Shown: in pieces, positions 35,167 through 46,131 of the stretch
Layout: each line of letters begins with the position of its first letter
Position numbering within the stretch: the stretch's first letter is position 1
Assembly: GCA_964636355.1 (NCBI GenBank)
Contig: CAZWRG010000001.1
Span: 41,687-105,686 of the forward strand
Length of the DNA: 64,000 bases
Direction: 5' to 3'
Source of the DNA: an uncultured Candidatus Saccharibacteria bacterium
GTDB lineage: Bacteria; Patescibacteriota; Saccharimonadia; Saccharimonadales; JAGQNK01
Translations under genes and position numbers: made by a program
Notes under the pieces: generated by a model
The model's database searches: none
What the model was told of the DNA's origin: nothing
Seen by the model: the letters and a program-made list of their open reading frames with translations, nothing else

Positions 35167-35730
35167 TTAAAGACGGACGCTACTGGTTTCTTTTCTATAG
35201 TCTGGAATTTGCCGTTCAAATAAAGTTCTAACTAAATTGCTCTCGCCATCAAAAGTCCCCGGGTTGTCTGACCGGCAATTTGTATCCCAGCTACGTAAAA
35301 CATCTTCGCCATTCTCCCGAAGCTGATAAATAAAGCGGCGCCCCAGGGGACAAGCTGCTCGCTCATCGTCTATTAAACTAATGCGCTGATTGGTAAAGCC
35401 GGCTTCTTCGAGCGCGACTAAGAATGTCTCGTATGCCTCTTGGGTGTTAGGAAAAGTCTTGCTGCTTATAACCGACTCGTCATAGCCCGATAGAATATCT
35501 AATCGGCGCTGGGTGGAAGTCACGGTCACGGCGATTGCTCGGCGCTCAGTATCACCAACCAGTCGGCCCTGAGTAGTCAACTTCACAGCCGTGTTGCCAT
35601 CTGTTTGCTCAGACAGTATCACCTTATCAACCGCTGTTTGTTCGGTTGAATTACGGCCACCAAAGAAAATTGCCAAAACGATAATTAACAAAACTATAAT
35701 TACGCCAACAATCCCAAAAACATATTTCAT
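35167..35730 (-). CDS. Hypothetical membrane-anchored protein
   Basis: N-terminal TM; CPLGRR...WDTNC. Confidence 0.75.
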   Translation of the reverse strand: MKYVFGIVGVIIVLLIIVLAIFFGGRNSTEQTAVDKVILSEQTDGNTAVKLTTQGRLVGDTERRAIAVTVTSTQRRLDILSGYDESVISSKTFPNTQEAYETFLVALEEAGFTNQRISLIDDERAACPLGRRFIYQLRENGEDVLRSWDTNCRSDNPGTFDGESNLVRTLFERQIPDYRKETSSVRL

Positions 35731-35875
35731 AATGCTTTATTATAGCACAATAAGCAATATATTTCAATAAAATGACTCTGTTCTACCCTAAAAACTGTCG
35801 TTACTGCACACTTTAACGGACGACCGTCCACTAAACTGTGGAGGATTTGTGATTTTTAAGGTTAAATTAATGGTT

Positions 35876-36154
35876 TTATTGGCGGCGGAATTTATGGTAA
35901 ATATATGGACCGCCAGCCACAAAAAGTACAGCTATCGCTCCCGCCCTCCAGCCTCTGGTCCAAGACTGGCTGGGCGCTTCTGGGTGTGGGTTCAGCTCAC
36001 TTGTGATAGCATTTTCTTGATGGCTTATGGCGTAGGCTGCTTGCTCTGCTAATGACTCTCGCCTTACCGCCTCTTCAATTTCAGCATCATACCTAGCGGC
36101 AATAGCATAAAATTCAGACTCAAAATCAATCTGTGGTGGTGTGCGACCGAGCAT
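35876..36154 (-). CDS. Hypothetical protein with C-terminal TM helix
   Basis: 92-aa ORF, TM helix followed by a basic tail. Confidence 0.55.
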   Translation of the reverse strand: MLGRTPPQIDFESEFYAIAARYDAEIEEAVRRESLAEQAAYAISHQENAITSELNPHPEAPSQSWTRGWRAGAIAVLFVAGGPYIYHKFRRQ

Positions 36155-36265
36155 AATATCTACACTATCTGCCTATGCGCCCTACTTTGCAAGCACAACC
36201 AGTTATAAAGGCCTTAAAGACTGTAATTTTTAATTAGAAGTAGCGCGCCGGTTTTTTATAACTTC

Positions 36266-38929
36266 TTAAAGTTCGCCCCAGTTTTTGCCGATCGACGTAT
36301 CGACTGTTTGCTTAATTGGTAATTTATAAGCATTTTCCATGGTCTGTTTTAGCAGACTAGCTACTTCTTCGGCGTCTTGCTCGCGGCACTCCACAATCAC
36401 GCTGTCATGAATCTGCAGCAGCAGCTTTGGCCTACTTTCCGCTTTCCACTTTCCACTTTCCACTTGGTGGTTAAAATTCTCCTGAATTTTAACCATTGCC
36501 AGCTTCATAATATCGGCGGCACTGCCCTGAAACGGCATATTTACCGCCTGTCGCATAGCTGCTTCTTTAACCATAAAATTTGATGAATGAACATCCGGCG
36601 TTGGCCGCCGGCGGCCCATAATGGTCTCGACGTAACCCTTTTGCTTAGCCTGTTCTTTAACGGTATCAATATAAGCCACTAGTTTTGGCCGGACTTCGAA
36701 GTATTTTTTGATAAAATTCTTGGCCTGTTCATAGGTCATGCCGCTAGCTGCCACCAAGCCATGGGTGCTGAGACCATACATAATTCCAAAGTTTACTACC
36801 TTGGCATCGCGGCGCATGTTTTTAGTAACGTCTTCAATTTCGCGGCCGTAAACCTCCGCGGCGGTTGCCGTGTGAACATCAATATCACGATTAAACATGT
36901 CAATTAGCTTTTCATCGCCTGACAGATAAGCCGCCAGCCGAAGCTCCTGCTGAGAATAGTCGGCACTGATCAGTAAATTTCCCTCGCCGGCAACAAAAGC
37001 GCTTCTGATTTGCCGGCCCAGCTCGGTTCGAACTGGAATATTTTGCAGATTTGGTTCATTGCTGCTCAGCCGTCCAGTAGCCGCGACTGTCAAAGCATAG
37101 GTGGTGTGCAGCCGTGAATTCTCATCAATCATTTTAGGCAAAGTATCGACATAGGTATTTTTAAGCTTTGTAACTTCGCGCCACTGGGTGATCAAATCAA
37201 TGATTGGATGAAGTCCGCGTAGCTTATCAAGCTCTGAGGCAGCTGTTGAAAAACCAGTTTTGCCCTTTTTAATGCCCTCTTTGGGCAGGCCAATCTTTTC
37301 AAACAAAACCGTGGCCAGTTGAGCCGGAGAGCCAATATTAAACTCCATGTCCGCATGTCCGTAAATTTGCTGCTCCAGATCAGAAATCATATCGCTGATC
37401 TGATCGTTCATCTGCTCCAGATACTCAACATCCAGCTGGATCCCTTCACGTTCCATACTGGCCAGAACCGGAATCAGCGGCATTTCAATGTCTGTGAACA
37501 GCTTAAAAAGCTGCTTGTTGTCCGGTTTTTTGAGCTCACGGCTGAACAAACTATGCAGCTTTTGAATTACAGCTACCTCAAGACGCAGCTGATCCGGCTG
37601 GTCAAGTTCTTCCATTTCAATTTCTAGATTTAGCCACTCCCGTGCCAGACCAGCTATCGACTGATCCCTACCTAGAGAATTCAGTAAAAATGCCGCGATG
37701 TGAACATCAAAGATTTTATCCATATCGCCGCCCCACTGCCACAAATGCTTGATCAGCGCCTTGGCGTCATAGGTGATAATCTGACCTTTAAGCTGGGATA
37801 ACTTTTTCTGAACATCAGGATTTGCCAACCTGTCGGCCGATATAATCGAGCCTTTGCCATTTTCATCAGCAATCGCTAGATGTGAAATAGATTTTTTGTG
37901 GGCATCGGAATAGGCTGGAAGCACAAAATAATTATTCAATTTATCAAAAACCGACAGATCATCAGCTCCGCTCAGCTCAGAAAGTTGATGAGATTTCAGC
38001 CCATTTTGTTTAATTTGAGCCTGCTCTTCACTGACCGAGACTTGCATAACTTCCGGCAAACGGCGGACCAAACTGGTAAACTCCAGCTTGGTTAGCACTT
38101 GTTTGACCCGCTCGGGGTCGCAATTGGCCATGTCCAGCTTACCAAGATCCAACTTCACCGGCGCATCAGTCCAAATGGCCGCTATTTTTTTACTTAAGTA
38201 GGCCGACTCTTTGCCAGCCAGCAGTTTTTTCTTGAGGCTGTCTTTGATAAGTTCGATATTTTCGTAAATTCCATCGAGCGAATCAAACTGTTTAAGCAGC
38301 TCAACAGCGCCCTTTTCGCCAATACCGGGAACACCGGGAATATTGTCCGATGAGTCACCTTTTATAGATTTTAAATCCAAAAACTGATCAACCCGAATGC
38401 CATATTTTTGTTCAAAAGACTCAGGATTATAAAGCTCAATGTTGCTCAGCCCGGTTTTTAGGGCATACATATGGGTATGATCGCTTATAACCTGCAACAT
38501 ATCCAGATCAGACGAAATCAGCATAGTCTCAATATCTTTGGCTTTTGCCTGCTCCGCTAAAGTACCCATGATGTCATCGGCTTCATAATCGTCAAACTCA
38601 TAAAGCGGCCAGCCAAAAGCCTCCAGCAGCTCATGCAGCAGCGGAATCTGATCATAAAAATCAGGCGGCGCTGGCTTGCGACCGGCCTTGTAGGCGGGAT
38701 AAATTTCTAATCGGCGCCGAATGTTGGTTTTGGGCTTATCCCAGGCCACGCAGACATAATCAGGCTTGAGGCGCTTAATAACTTCCAGCGCCATCGAAGC
38801 AAAACCAAACACCCCGCCGGTTGGGGTGCCGTCCTTGGTCGCCAGGTTTGGCATCGCGTAATAACCTCGATAAAAAACTGACTTTCCATCAATAATTGCC
38901 AAAACTTTTCGCCCGTTTGATTCACTCAT
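36266..38929 (-). CDS. polA: DNA polymerase I
   Basis: 5'-3' exonuclease (IDGKS, EADD, GDSSDNIPGV); polymerase motifs TGRLSS, ADYSQQELR, AKVVNFGIMYG, QIHDS. Confidence 0.97.
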   Translation of the reverse strand: MSESNGRKVLAIIDGKSVFYRGYYAMPNLATKDGTPTGGVFGFASMALEVIKRLKPDYVCVAWDKPKTNIRRRLEIYPAYKAGRKPAPPDFYDQIPLLHELLEAFGWPLYEFDDYEADDIMGTLAEQAKAKDIETMLISSDLDMLQVISDHTHMYALKTGLSNIELYNPESFEQKYGIRVDQFLDLKSIKGDSSDNIPGVPGIGEKGAVELLKQFDSLDGIYENIELIKDSLKKKLLAGKESAYLSKKIAAIWTDAPVKLDLGKLDMANCDPERVKQVLTKLEFTSLVRRLPEVMQVSVSEEQAQIKQNGLKSHQLSELSGADDLSVFDKLNNYFVLPAYSDAHKKSISHLAIADENGKGSIISADRLANPDVQKKLSQLKGQIITYDAKALIKHLWQWGGDMDKIFDVHIAAFLLNSLGRDQSIAGLAREWLNLEIEMEELDQPDQLRLEVAVIQKLHSLFSRELKKPDNKQLFKLFTDIEMPLIPVLASMEREGIQLDVEYLEQMNDQISDMISDLEQQIYGHADMEFNIGSPAQLATVLFEKIGLPKEGIKKGKTGFSTAASELDKLRGLHPIIDLITQWREVTKLKNTYVDTLPKMIDENSRLHTTYALTVAATGRLSSNEPNLQNIPVRTELGRQIRSAFVAGEGNLLISADYSQQELRLAAYLSGDEKLIDMFNRDIDVHTATAAEVYGREIEDVTKNMRRDAKVVNFGIMYGLSTHGLVAASGMTYEQAKNFIKKYFEVRPKLVAYIDTVKEQAKQKGYVETIMGRRRPTPDVHSSNFMVKEAAMRQAVNMPFQGSAADIMKLAMVKIQENFNHQVESGKWKAESRPKLLLQIHDSVIVECREQDAEEVASLLKQTMENAYKLPIKQTVDTSIGKNWGEL
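36434..36468. repeat. Heptamer array inside polA
   Basis: actttcc gctttcc actttcc actttcc acttggt; encodes QVESGKWKAES. Confidence 0.8.
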
Positions 38930-39013
38930 ATAACTTATTATACGGGTTTTTTGATTTTAAGAGGATTTTAGCGCTGCCACACACCGGATAAAAAGCGTAT
39001 ACTTATAAATAAT

Positions 39014-41830
39014 ATGGGGGGAGATAACAAAAAAACTAACCGCGATGTCTATCGTCTTAGCGTGGCCGAAGCTCTTGAGCGGCTGGGTTCCAGCGCTGAT
39101 GGATTAAGCGCCGCCCGGGCCGATAAGCTGCTTGAAGATGTGGGCCCCAACCGTTTAACGCGCATAAAAAAAGATTCTTTTATCCGCAAATATTTTCGGC
39201 AATACAAAGATTTAATGATTATTCTGCTGCTGGCTAGCAGCTTTTTAGCCTTTACTTTCCTGGACGACCAAAGAGCCGCAGTAGTTCTGCTGGCAATTGT
39301 GCTATTTAATACAATTATTGGTTTTTCTCAGGAGTTCAAAGCCGAAAAACTAATGGACAGCCTCAGCAAGCTAGTGGTCAGCAATGCAAACGTCAAGCGG
39401 GCTAAAAAGCTAGTTGAAATTGACGCTACTAAACTCGTGCCCGGTGATGTTGTCTACATTGAGGAGGGCGACAGAATTCCGGCCGATCTGCGTCTGATCG
39501 ATGAAAACGAGCTGGCCACAAATGATTTTGCGCTAACCGGCGAAAGTGAACCATCACGTAAATTTACTCATGCCATATCGAAGTCAGTTCCGCTGGCTAA
39601 TCGGCATAATTTGGTCTTCATGGGCACAACTGTTGCCACGGGCAATGGCTACGGAGTGGTTTTTGCGACGGGTATGAATACCGAACTCGGCCGAATTGCC
39701 GAGCTTGGTCAGGATATCCAGGAAGACATGAGCCCTTTGCAGTACGAGCTAAACCACGTGGCTAAACGAGTTACTCAGGGCACAATTTTGTTGTGTCTGA
39801 TTTTGCTGCCAATCGCCATATATTCCGGCCTTGGCGTCACGGGGGCGCTGCTGTTTGCAATTGGTGTGGCTAGCTCATTAATCCCTCAGGGGCTGCCAGC
39901 CGAAATTAATACTTCCCTGGCCCAGGCCGCCAACAAACTAGCCAAAGCCAAGGCTTTAGTTAAAAAACTGTCTTCAGTTGAATCGCTCGGCGCCACCAGC
40001 ATAATTTGCACTGACAAAACCGGAACTTTAACTAAAAATGAGATGACAGTTGAACAGTTCTTTATAGGCAGTCAGCGTTATGAGGTTTCCGGCAGCGGCT
40101 ACATCGCTAATGGCAAAATCAAAAACTCATCAGGCCGCGAGCTATCACCGGCTGAAATTGATGAGTTAAAACTATTTTTTATATCTGGTGTTTTTGCCAG
40201 CAATGCTCGCGTCTGCCCGCCAGATGAGCAGCACAACAGCTGGTATGTACTGGGCGATCCAACCGAAGGCTCAATCATAACCCTGGCCAGTAAGGCCGGG
40301 TTTAATTCAATTGATTTGGACCAAAAGTATCCAGAAGAAAAAGAATTTGCTTTTGACTCGGCTAGAAAACTGATGAGTTCCGTCCGACAATACGGCACGG
40401 ATGGTCTGCACTACGTCTTCGCTAAGGGAGCGCCGGAAAGCATTCTGGACCGCTGCGAAGACATTTGGGACCACGGACATGTTCGTAAAATGACTGATTC
40501 AGATCGTCAAAAAATATTAAAACTTCATCAGTCACAAGCTGAAAATGCCATGCGAAACCTAGCGGTAGCTTATAAAGTCCTGCCCAAAAATACTAAGCCC
40601 ACTAAATTAACCATGAAACAAACTGAATCAGGTCTGACCTACCTTGGTATGGTTTCAATTGTTGATCCAATTCGGGAGGAAGTTGCAAACGCCATGTCAG
40701 CTGCCCGGCGGGCCCATATAAAAATCGCTATTATTACCGGTGATTCTTCGGTAACCGCCCGAGCTATCGCTGTTAAAGCAAAGCTGGCAACTAATCCTAA
40801 CGACATCTCTGTTATTGAGGGCGATCAGTTAAGTGCAATGACCGATCAAGAAGTATTGGAGGCAGCCGCTCATGGCAATGTGGTTTTCAGCCGAGTTAGC
40901 CCCGAGGACAAGCTTAGAATCGTCAGTTTGGTTAAATATAGCGGCCGAGTCGTAGCGGTTACCGGAGATGGAATTAATGACGCACCGGCTTTAAAACGGG
41001 CAGACATTGGCGTGGCGATGGGAATTTCTGGCACTGACGTCGCTAAACAGTCGGCTGATATAGTGCTGCTCGATGACAGTTTTAGCAGCTTAATTAGCGC
41101 TGTTCAGCATGGCCGAACCATCTTTCAAAACATTAAAAAGAGTACTTTGAGCGTCTTTACCAGTAACGGCGCCGAACTGGTGGTTAATCTGCTGAGTCTT
41201 AGCGTGGCAGCTCTTCTAGGCATCCCATTGGCTCTTTCGGTAATGCAAATTTTAGCGATTGATTTAATTGCCGAGTTATTCCCAATCGCAGCCCTTGGCT
41301 GGGATAAGCCAGACCGCGAACTAATGAAAGAAAAGCCGCGCGATCCTAAAAACCACATTTTAAACAAAGCAGCTGTTTATGACCTAATCTTTTGCGGCTT
41401 GATTATTGGCAGTTTGGCGTTTGCTAATTATATTTTATATATTTTTAGGCACGGCGTAGACCCTAGAGCTCTGGACGCTAATTCCCTGTTTCATATGCAA
41501 GCAACTAGCCTAACTTATCTGACCATCGTGCTGTGTCAATTTACAAATATTCTGCAGCGCCGCAGCGTTAAAGGTTTTTTCACCCGCTATCAATTTCACA
41601 ATAAGCAGCTCTGGATTGCCTTTGGGGCGTCGATGATGTGCGTTATCAATATCATCTATAATCCGATGATTGCCCCGTATTTTAGATCTGGGCCGCTTTC
41701 GGCTGTCGATTGGCTGTTTGCTCTAGCCGCTGCCGGAATCTTCTTAACCATTCGCGAAGTCCAGCGGCATACTAAAAAACACGGCTACACCCGAAAAGAT
41801 CTCCTAAGCCTCATCCAAGAAGCAATTTAG
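39014..41830 (+). CDS. P-type (type II-like) cation-transporting ATPase
   Basis: LTGES, DKTGTLT, KGAPE, TGD, TGDGINDAPALKRADIGVAMG; about 10 TM helices. Confidence 0.95.
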   Translation: MGGDNKKTNRDVYRLSVAEALERLGSSADGLSAARADKLLEDVGPNRLTRIKKDSFIRKYFRQYKDLMIILLLASSFLAFTFLDDQRAAVVLLAIVLFNTIIGFSQEFKAEKLMDSLSKLVVSNANVKRAKKLVEIDATKLVPGDVVYIEEGDRIPADLRLIDENELATNDFALTGESEPSRKFTHAISKSVPLANRHNLVFMGTTVATGNGYGVVFATGMNTELGRIAELGQDIQEDMSPLQYELNHVAKRVTQGTILLCLILLPIAIYSGLGVTGALLFAIGVASSLIPQGLPAEINTSLAQAANKLAKAKALVKKLSSVESLGATSIICTDKTGTLTKNEMTVEQFFIGSQRYEVSGSGYIANGKIKNSSGRELSPAEIDELKLFFISGVFASNARVCPPDEQHNSWYVLGDPTEGSIITLASKAGFNSIDLDQKYPEEKEFAFDSARKLMSSVRQYGTDGLHYVFAKGAPESILDRCEDIWDHGHVRKMTDSDRQKILKLHQSQAENAMRNLAVAYKVLPKNTKPTKLTMKQTESGLTYLGMVSIVDPIREEVANAMSAARRAHIKIAIITGDSSVTARAIAVKAKLATNPNDISVIEGDQLSAMTDQEVLEAAAHGNVVFSRVSPEDKLRIVSLVKYSGRVVAVTGDGINDAPALKRADIGVAMGISGTDVAKQSADIVLLDDSFSSLISAVQHGRTIFQNIKKSTLSVFTSNGAELVVNLLSLSVAALLGIPLALSVMQILAIDLIAELFPIAALGWDKPDRELMKEKPRDPKNHILNKAAVYDLIFCGLIIGSLAFANYILYIFRHGVDPRALDANSLFHMQATSLTYLTIVLCQFTNILQRRSVKGFFTRYQFHNKQLWIAFGASMMCVINIIYNPMIAPYFRSGPLSAVDWLFALAAAGIFLTIREVQRHTKKHGYTRKDLLSLIQEAI

Positions 41831-41861
41831 GTAATCTAAATAATCTTGTACAATAGTGATA

Positions 41862-42425
41862 ATGTCTAAAAAAATTATTGCTTTTGTTGGCATGCCTGGC
41901 TCTGGTAAGGGCACTTGTACCAATTATTTGAGCGAAAAGTATGATTTTCCAGTGGTCCATTTTGGCCAGATGGTTTATGAGGAAGTCCAGCGGCGCGGAC
42001 TTGATAATGTCAAAGATGAAAAGTTTGTGCGTGAGGATATGAGGGCTCAAGAAGGCCCAGCCGTGCTCGCTAACCATGCTGCAAAACAGGCCCAGGAATA
42101 CTTTGGCAGCGGGCAGGAAACAGTGGTATTTGACGGACTTTACAGCTGGAGTGAACTTAAGTATTTATCATCAGAATTTGGCGATTCGCTGGTGGTTATC
42201 GCTATTGCTGCCCCGCGACAAGAAAGATACAAGCGAATCTTGGCCCGCAACGATTCTCATCGGAAATATACCTCTGCTGATCAAATAATTGAGCGTGATA
42301 AAGCCGAGATAGAAAACCTGGAAAAGGGCGGCCCCATCGCTTTCGCCGACTATACGCTAGTAAATAACAGTACAACTGAGACACTTATCAATAATTTGGA
42401 AAACATTATAAAAGATATACTTTAG
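41862..42425 (+). CDS. P-loop nucleotide kinase (dephospho-CoA kinase-like / UPF0200-like)
   Basis: GMPGSGKGT, VVFDG, RYKRILAR, IAFADYTLVN. Confidence 0.75.
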   Translation: MSKKIIAFVGMPGSGKGTCTNYLSEKYDFPVVHFGQMVYEEVQRRGLDNVKDEKFVREDMRAQEGPAVLANHAAKQAQEYFGSGQETVVFDGLYSWSELKYLSSEFGDSLVVIAIAAPRQERYKRILARNDSHRKYTSADQIIERDKAEIENLEKGGPIAFADYTLVNNSTTETLINNLENIIKDIL

Positions 42426-42510
42426 CAAAGAAGCTGCTGACAGCGAGACTCGCGGTCTCGTTATTCAGTGTAATTCGTTTCATTTCAACAAAAATAGATA
42501 TAATAAAGTT

Positions 42511-43170
42511 ATGCTTAGAATTGAAAGTAATGGGCTTATAAACTCTAGCTTCACAGTAATTTTTCATGCAACGGCAATAGTGGTTGGAAGTTATTTTAGT
42601 GATCTATTTCCTGATTACCTTGGCGCTATACCTATCATTGTATGCATTGGACTGCCTGTTTTACTGTTCTGGTTCTTTTATTTTCTTCATCATCACACCG
42701 ATATAACTACTGCCGCAAGTCTATTTCTGGCCTTTGCCATGATTTGCGGAATATTTGCATTACTCAGTGCAGCGATAGGCTCAAGCAGCAACCAGACGTT
42801 GCATATAATTACTCCCGCCCCCACCATACCTCAAATTACCATACCTCTACTAAACCTGTTTTTTGTATCCTATACAGGAAGCGCCCCTATTCTCGCCAGC
42901 GTAGTTATGTATTACGGCGCATTAAGCTACTTAATAATTAGTTTGTTAGCACTTTTACTGGAGTGGTTTTATGGCTGGATGTCTGGACGGATTTTACCAA
43001 ACGCTGTCACCAGAAAACTTACAGATATAGATAAAAAAGCCGATCGATTTATGTTTAACACCTTTAGCAATCGTAGATTTATGGGACAGTACCTTGGGGT
43101 CTACGCTAGTACTGCAGCCATTATTTCATTTGCAGTTCTATATGCTGTTTTACTTTATCGGATCCGGTAA
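42511..43170 (+). CDS. Hypothetical multi-pass membrane protein
   Basis: 5-6 hydrophobic segments; TATAAT 6 nt before ATG. Confidence 0.7.
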   Translation: MLRIESNGLINSSFTVIFHATAIVVGSYFSDLFPDYLGAIPIIVCIGLPVLLFWFFYFLHHHTDITTAASLFLAFAMICGIFALLSAAIGSSSNQTLHIITPAPTIPQITIPLLNLFFVSYTGSAPILASVVMYYGALSYLIISLLALLLEWFYGWMSGRILPNAVTRKLTDIDKKADRFMFNTFSNRRFMGQYLGVYASTAAIISFAVLYAVLLYRIR

Positions 43171-43178
43171 ACCGCGAA

Positions 43179-44294
43179 TTACTTGATGTAGTCGTGGAGT
43201 TTTTTGGAGTCTTTGTGTTTTCTAAGCTTAGCTAGTGCCTTGGCTTCGATTTGACGGATTCGCTCACGAGTAACACTAAACTCCTGACCAACTTCTTCTA
43301 GGGTATGACTTTTGCCATCCTCCAGGCCAAAACGCAGTTTTAAAATCTTCTGCTCTCGCTCGGTTAAACTGCCCAACATACCCTTGACGTGCTCTTTGAG
43401 TAGCTGGTTGGTGGCCGACTCTTCAGGGCTGACTGTATCTTCATCTTCGATAAAATCAGCCAACACTGAATCTTCCTCGTCATCGCGCACACTGGCATCA
43501 AGCGAGGAAATATCCTGCTTAATCTTCATAATGTGCTCGACTTTTTCAACCTCGATTTCCATTTCTTTGGCGATTTCTTCGTTGGTTGGCTCGCGGTTGA
43601 GCTCTTGGGTCAGCCGGCGCTGAGTCCTGAGCAGTTTATTAATTGTCTCTACCATGTGAACCGGAATTCGGATTGTTCGCGCCTGGTCGGCGATCGCTCG
43701 GGTAATCGCCTGGCGGATCCACCAGGTTGCATAAGTGGAAAACTTAAACCCTTTGTCTGGATCAAACTTCTCAACGGCTCTTAAAAGTCCAGTGTTTCCC
43801 TCTTGAATTAGGTCGAGAAGATCCAAGCCGCGGCCAACATAGCGCTTGGCAATCGAAACCACCAAGCGCATATTAGCCTCAGCCATTTGAGCCTTGGCTC
43901 GCTCATCACCAGCCACAACTTTTTGAGCTAAGGCTAGCTCTTCTTCGGCATTGAGCAGCGGAATTTTTCCAATTTCTCTCAGATAAAGTCGGACTGAGTC
44001 ATCTGAAACATCATCAACCAAAATCTTGGCCGCAGCGTCAACTTCTTCTTCGTTGTCTTCTTCGACCCAATCATCAGTCAGCGAAGCCGCTGGCGCGTTG
44101 GGCTCGACAACCGCTAGGTTGCTATCGGCTAGCTCGGTGTATAGTTCGTCCAAGATATCGACATTGTCCGGTGTATCTGGAATAGCCGCAAAAATATCGC
44201 GTTGATCAATTTTGCCGTCCTTTTTGGCTTTGGCCAGCAAAGTTTTTTTAGCCTCTTTTAGTGCTGGGTCAATTGTTTGTTCGTCATCTGCCAT
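43179..44294 (-). CDS. rpoD: RNA polymerase primary sigma factor
   Basis: [63 protein letters not shown]. Confidence 0.98.
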   Translation of the reverse strand: MADDEQTIDPALKEAKKTLLAKAKKDGKIDQRDIFAAIPDTPDNVDILDELYTELADSNLAVVEPNAPAASLTDDWVEEDNEEEVDAAAKILVDDVSDDSVRLYLREIGKIPLLNAEEELALAQKVVAGDERAKAQMAEANMRLVVSIAKRYVGRGLDLLDLIQEGNTGLLRAVEKFDPDKGFKFSTYATWWIRQAITRAIADQARTIRIPVHMVETINKLLRTQRRLTQELNREPTNEEIAKEMEIEVEKVEHIMKIKQDISSLDASVRDDEEDSVLADFIEDEDTVSPEESATNQLLKEHVKGMLGSLTEREQKILKLRFGLEDGKSHTLEEVGQEFSVTRERIRQIEAKALAKLRKHKDSKKLHDYIK

Positions 44295-44339
44295 AAATAA
44301 CCTCTCCTTCGCTAAGATTAATGCTAGGTTTTAGGTGAA

Positions 44340-46091
44340 CTAGAGTTTTTTAAGTAGTTCATCCAGTGCTTTTGCTTTTTCGAGCAGCCTTATGGCCTCT
44401 TCCTCATTGGCGGCGTTACGCATGGCTTCAATCAGCGGCTGCTTTTTGCTTTTTACATATTGTTCTATCAGACGGACCTGCATTCGAGCGGCTTCGTTAC
44501 GAAGTTCCAGTAACTCGAGGCCCTGATAAAGTTCTTCAAACTGTAGACTTAGGATTTTAACATAATCAGCAATATCTCTCAAGGCCTCGGCCTCTTTAGG
44601 GTCGCCCGCAAACTGCGGATTATCCTGTAAAAACCTGAGTAATTGATGAGCCGATTCGTCAATAAACATGTCATAAGTTATAGGTTTCAGGTAATAACGC
44701 AGAGCCGGCTGCATTAAGGTCAGGCTAAGTAACTGATTTTGATAGCGCCGGCGCTCAACCACTTGCTTGCTGATGTCATGATCAACCTTCGATTTTTTCA
44801 AAACCGGCCGCGTGTTAATCTGTTCACCGCGGAATTTTTTATCCAAAGCCTCCCGACTAATTCCGCTCCGTTCGGCAATTTTATCCAGATAATGGTCCTG
44901 TTCAACCTGATCTTTTAGCTGTCGAACAACTTTTAGCACAATGTCACTAAACTCTTTTTTGCCAACCGCCGTATTAAGATCAAGTTCCGCAGCGTGTCTT
45001 TCAATAAGCCAATCCAGAGCATACTGCGGTGATTCAATCACCTTTCGCCAGATCGTCGGGTCTTTCTTCACCAGCTCATCCGGATCTTTGCCCTCCGGAA
45101 TTGTAATCACACTCAGCGCTACTCCGGCTTTATTAGCCACCGGAATCGCTCGCTCAGCGGCCGCAAGACCAGCTTTATCCTGATCAAACGCTAATCTTAT
45201 ATCACCGGTAAACCGATTAATTGCTTTTAGGTGCATCTCTGTAAGCGCTGTGCCAGCCGTAGCCACAACTTGCTTGATACCAGCCTGATGACTAGCAATG
45301 ACGTCCAGATTCCCCTCGACCAACACCGCGTATTTTGCCTTCCTGAGAGCCTCTTTGGCTAAATGAAGCCCATAAACATGGCGGCTTTTATCATAAAGCA
45401 GAGTTTGCGGCGTGTTCAGATACTTGGGCGCATTTGGAACATCCTCTACCAAACGAGCCGTAAATCCAATCACCCTCCCCTGCGGATCAGCTAATGGAAT
45501 CTGAATCCGACCGCGGAACATATCACTCAAACCTTTGTATCTGCTGGCAACCAGACCGGCCTTTTGCAACTCTTCAGCCGAAAAGCCTTTTTTGATTAAA
45601 AAATCTTTAAGTGCCGTGCCGGTGTTCGGTGAATAGCCGAGGCGAAAATCCATCGCTACCTCTTTAGTAAACCCACGTTTTTTGAAAACATAATTCAGAG
45701 CTGGTTGGTTTTGCCTAAACTGCGCTTGATAAAATTTAGCTGCTAATTCATTGGCTTCATAAAGCCGCTCTTTTAATTTTGAAAAGTCAGCACTCCGGGT
45801 AGATGACTGATATTGACTAAGATCAACTCCGGCCTTGCGCGCTAAATGCTCCAATGCACCCTTAAAGTCCAACCCCTCCATTTCCATAACAAAGCTAAAC
45901 ATATTGCCGCCCTTGCCAGAGCTAAAGTCATGCCAAATTTGCTTCTCGGGGCTAACCATAAAACTCGGAGTTTTTTCAGATGTAAAAGGACTCAAACCCT
46001 TGAAATTTCGGCCGGCTCTCTTAAGCTGAACGTACTCACCAATCACGTCCTCGATAGCTAGCCTCTGCTTGATATCTTCTACAGCATCCAT
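44340..46091 (-). CDS. dnaG: DNA primase
   Basis: PFTSEKTPSF, MFRGRI, PKYLNTP, VEGNLDV, FDQDKAG, KDPDE. Confidence 0.96.
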   Translation of the reverse strand: MDAVEDIKQRLAIEDVIGEYVQLKRAGRNFKGLSPFTSEKTPSFMVSPEKQIWHDFSSGKGGNMFSFVMEMEGLDFKGALEHLARKAGVDLSQYQSSTRSADFSKLKERLYEANELAAKFYQAQFRQNQPALNYVFKKRGFTKEVAMDFRLGYSPNTGTALKDFLIKKGFSAEELQKAGLVASRYKGLSDMFRGRIQIPLADPQGRVIGFTARLVEDVPNAPKYLNTPQTLLYDKSRHVYGLHLAKEALRKAKYAVLVEGNLDVIASHQAGIKQVVATAGTALTEMHLKAINRFTGDIRLAFDQDKAGLAAAERAIPVANKAGVALSVITIPEGKDPDELVKKDPTIWRKVIESPQYALDWLIERHAAELDLNTAVGKKEFSDIVLKVVRQLKDQVEQDHYLDKIAERSGISREALDKKFRGEQINTRPVLKKSKVDHDISKQVVERRRYQNQLLSLTLMQPALRYYLKPITYDMFIDESAHQLLRFLQDNPQFAGDPKEAEALRDIADYVKILSLQFEELYQGLELLELRNEAARMQVRLIEQYVKSKKQPLIEAMRNAANEEEAIRLLEKAKALDELLKKL

Positions 46092-46096
46092 GTTAT

Positions 46097-46131
46097 TTAG
46101 AATATAGAAGTTAGAAGATGGAAGCTAGCAT
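46097..46131. repeat. Heptamer array directly upstream of dnaG
   Basis: ttagaat atagaag ttagaag atggaag ctagcat. Confidence 0.7.
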
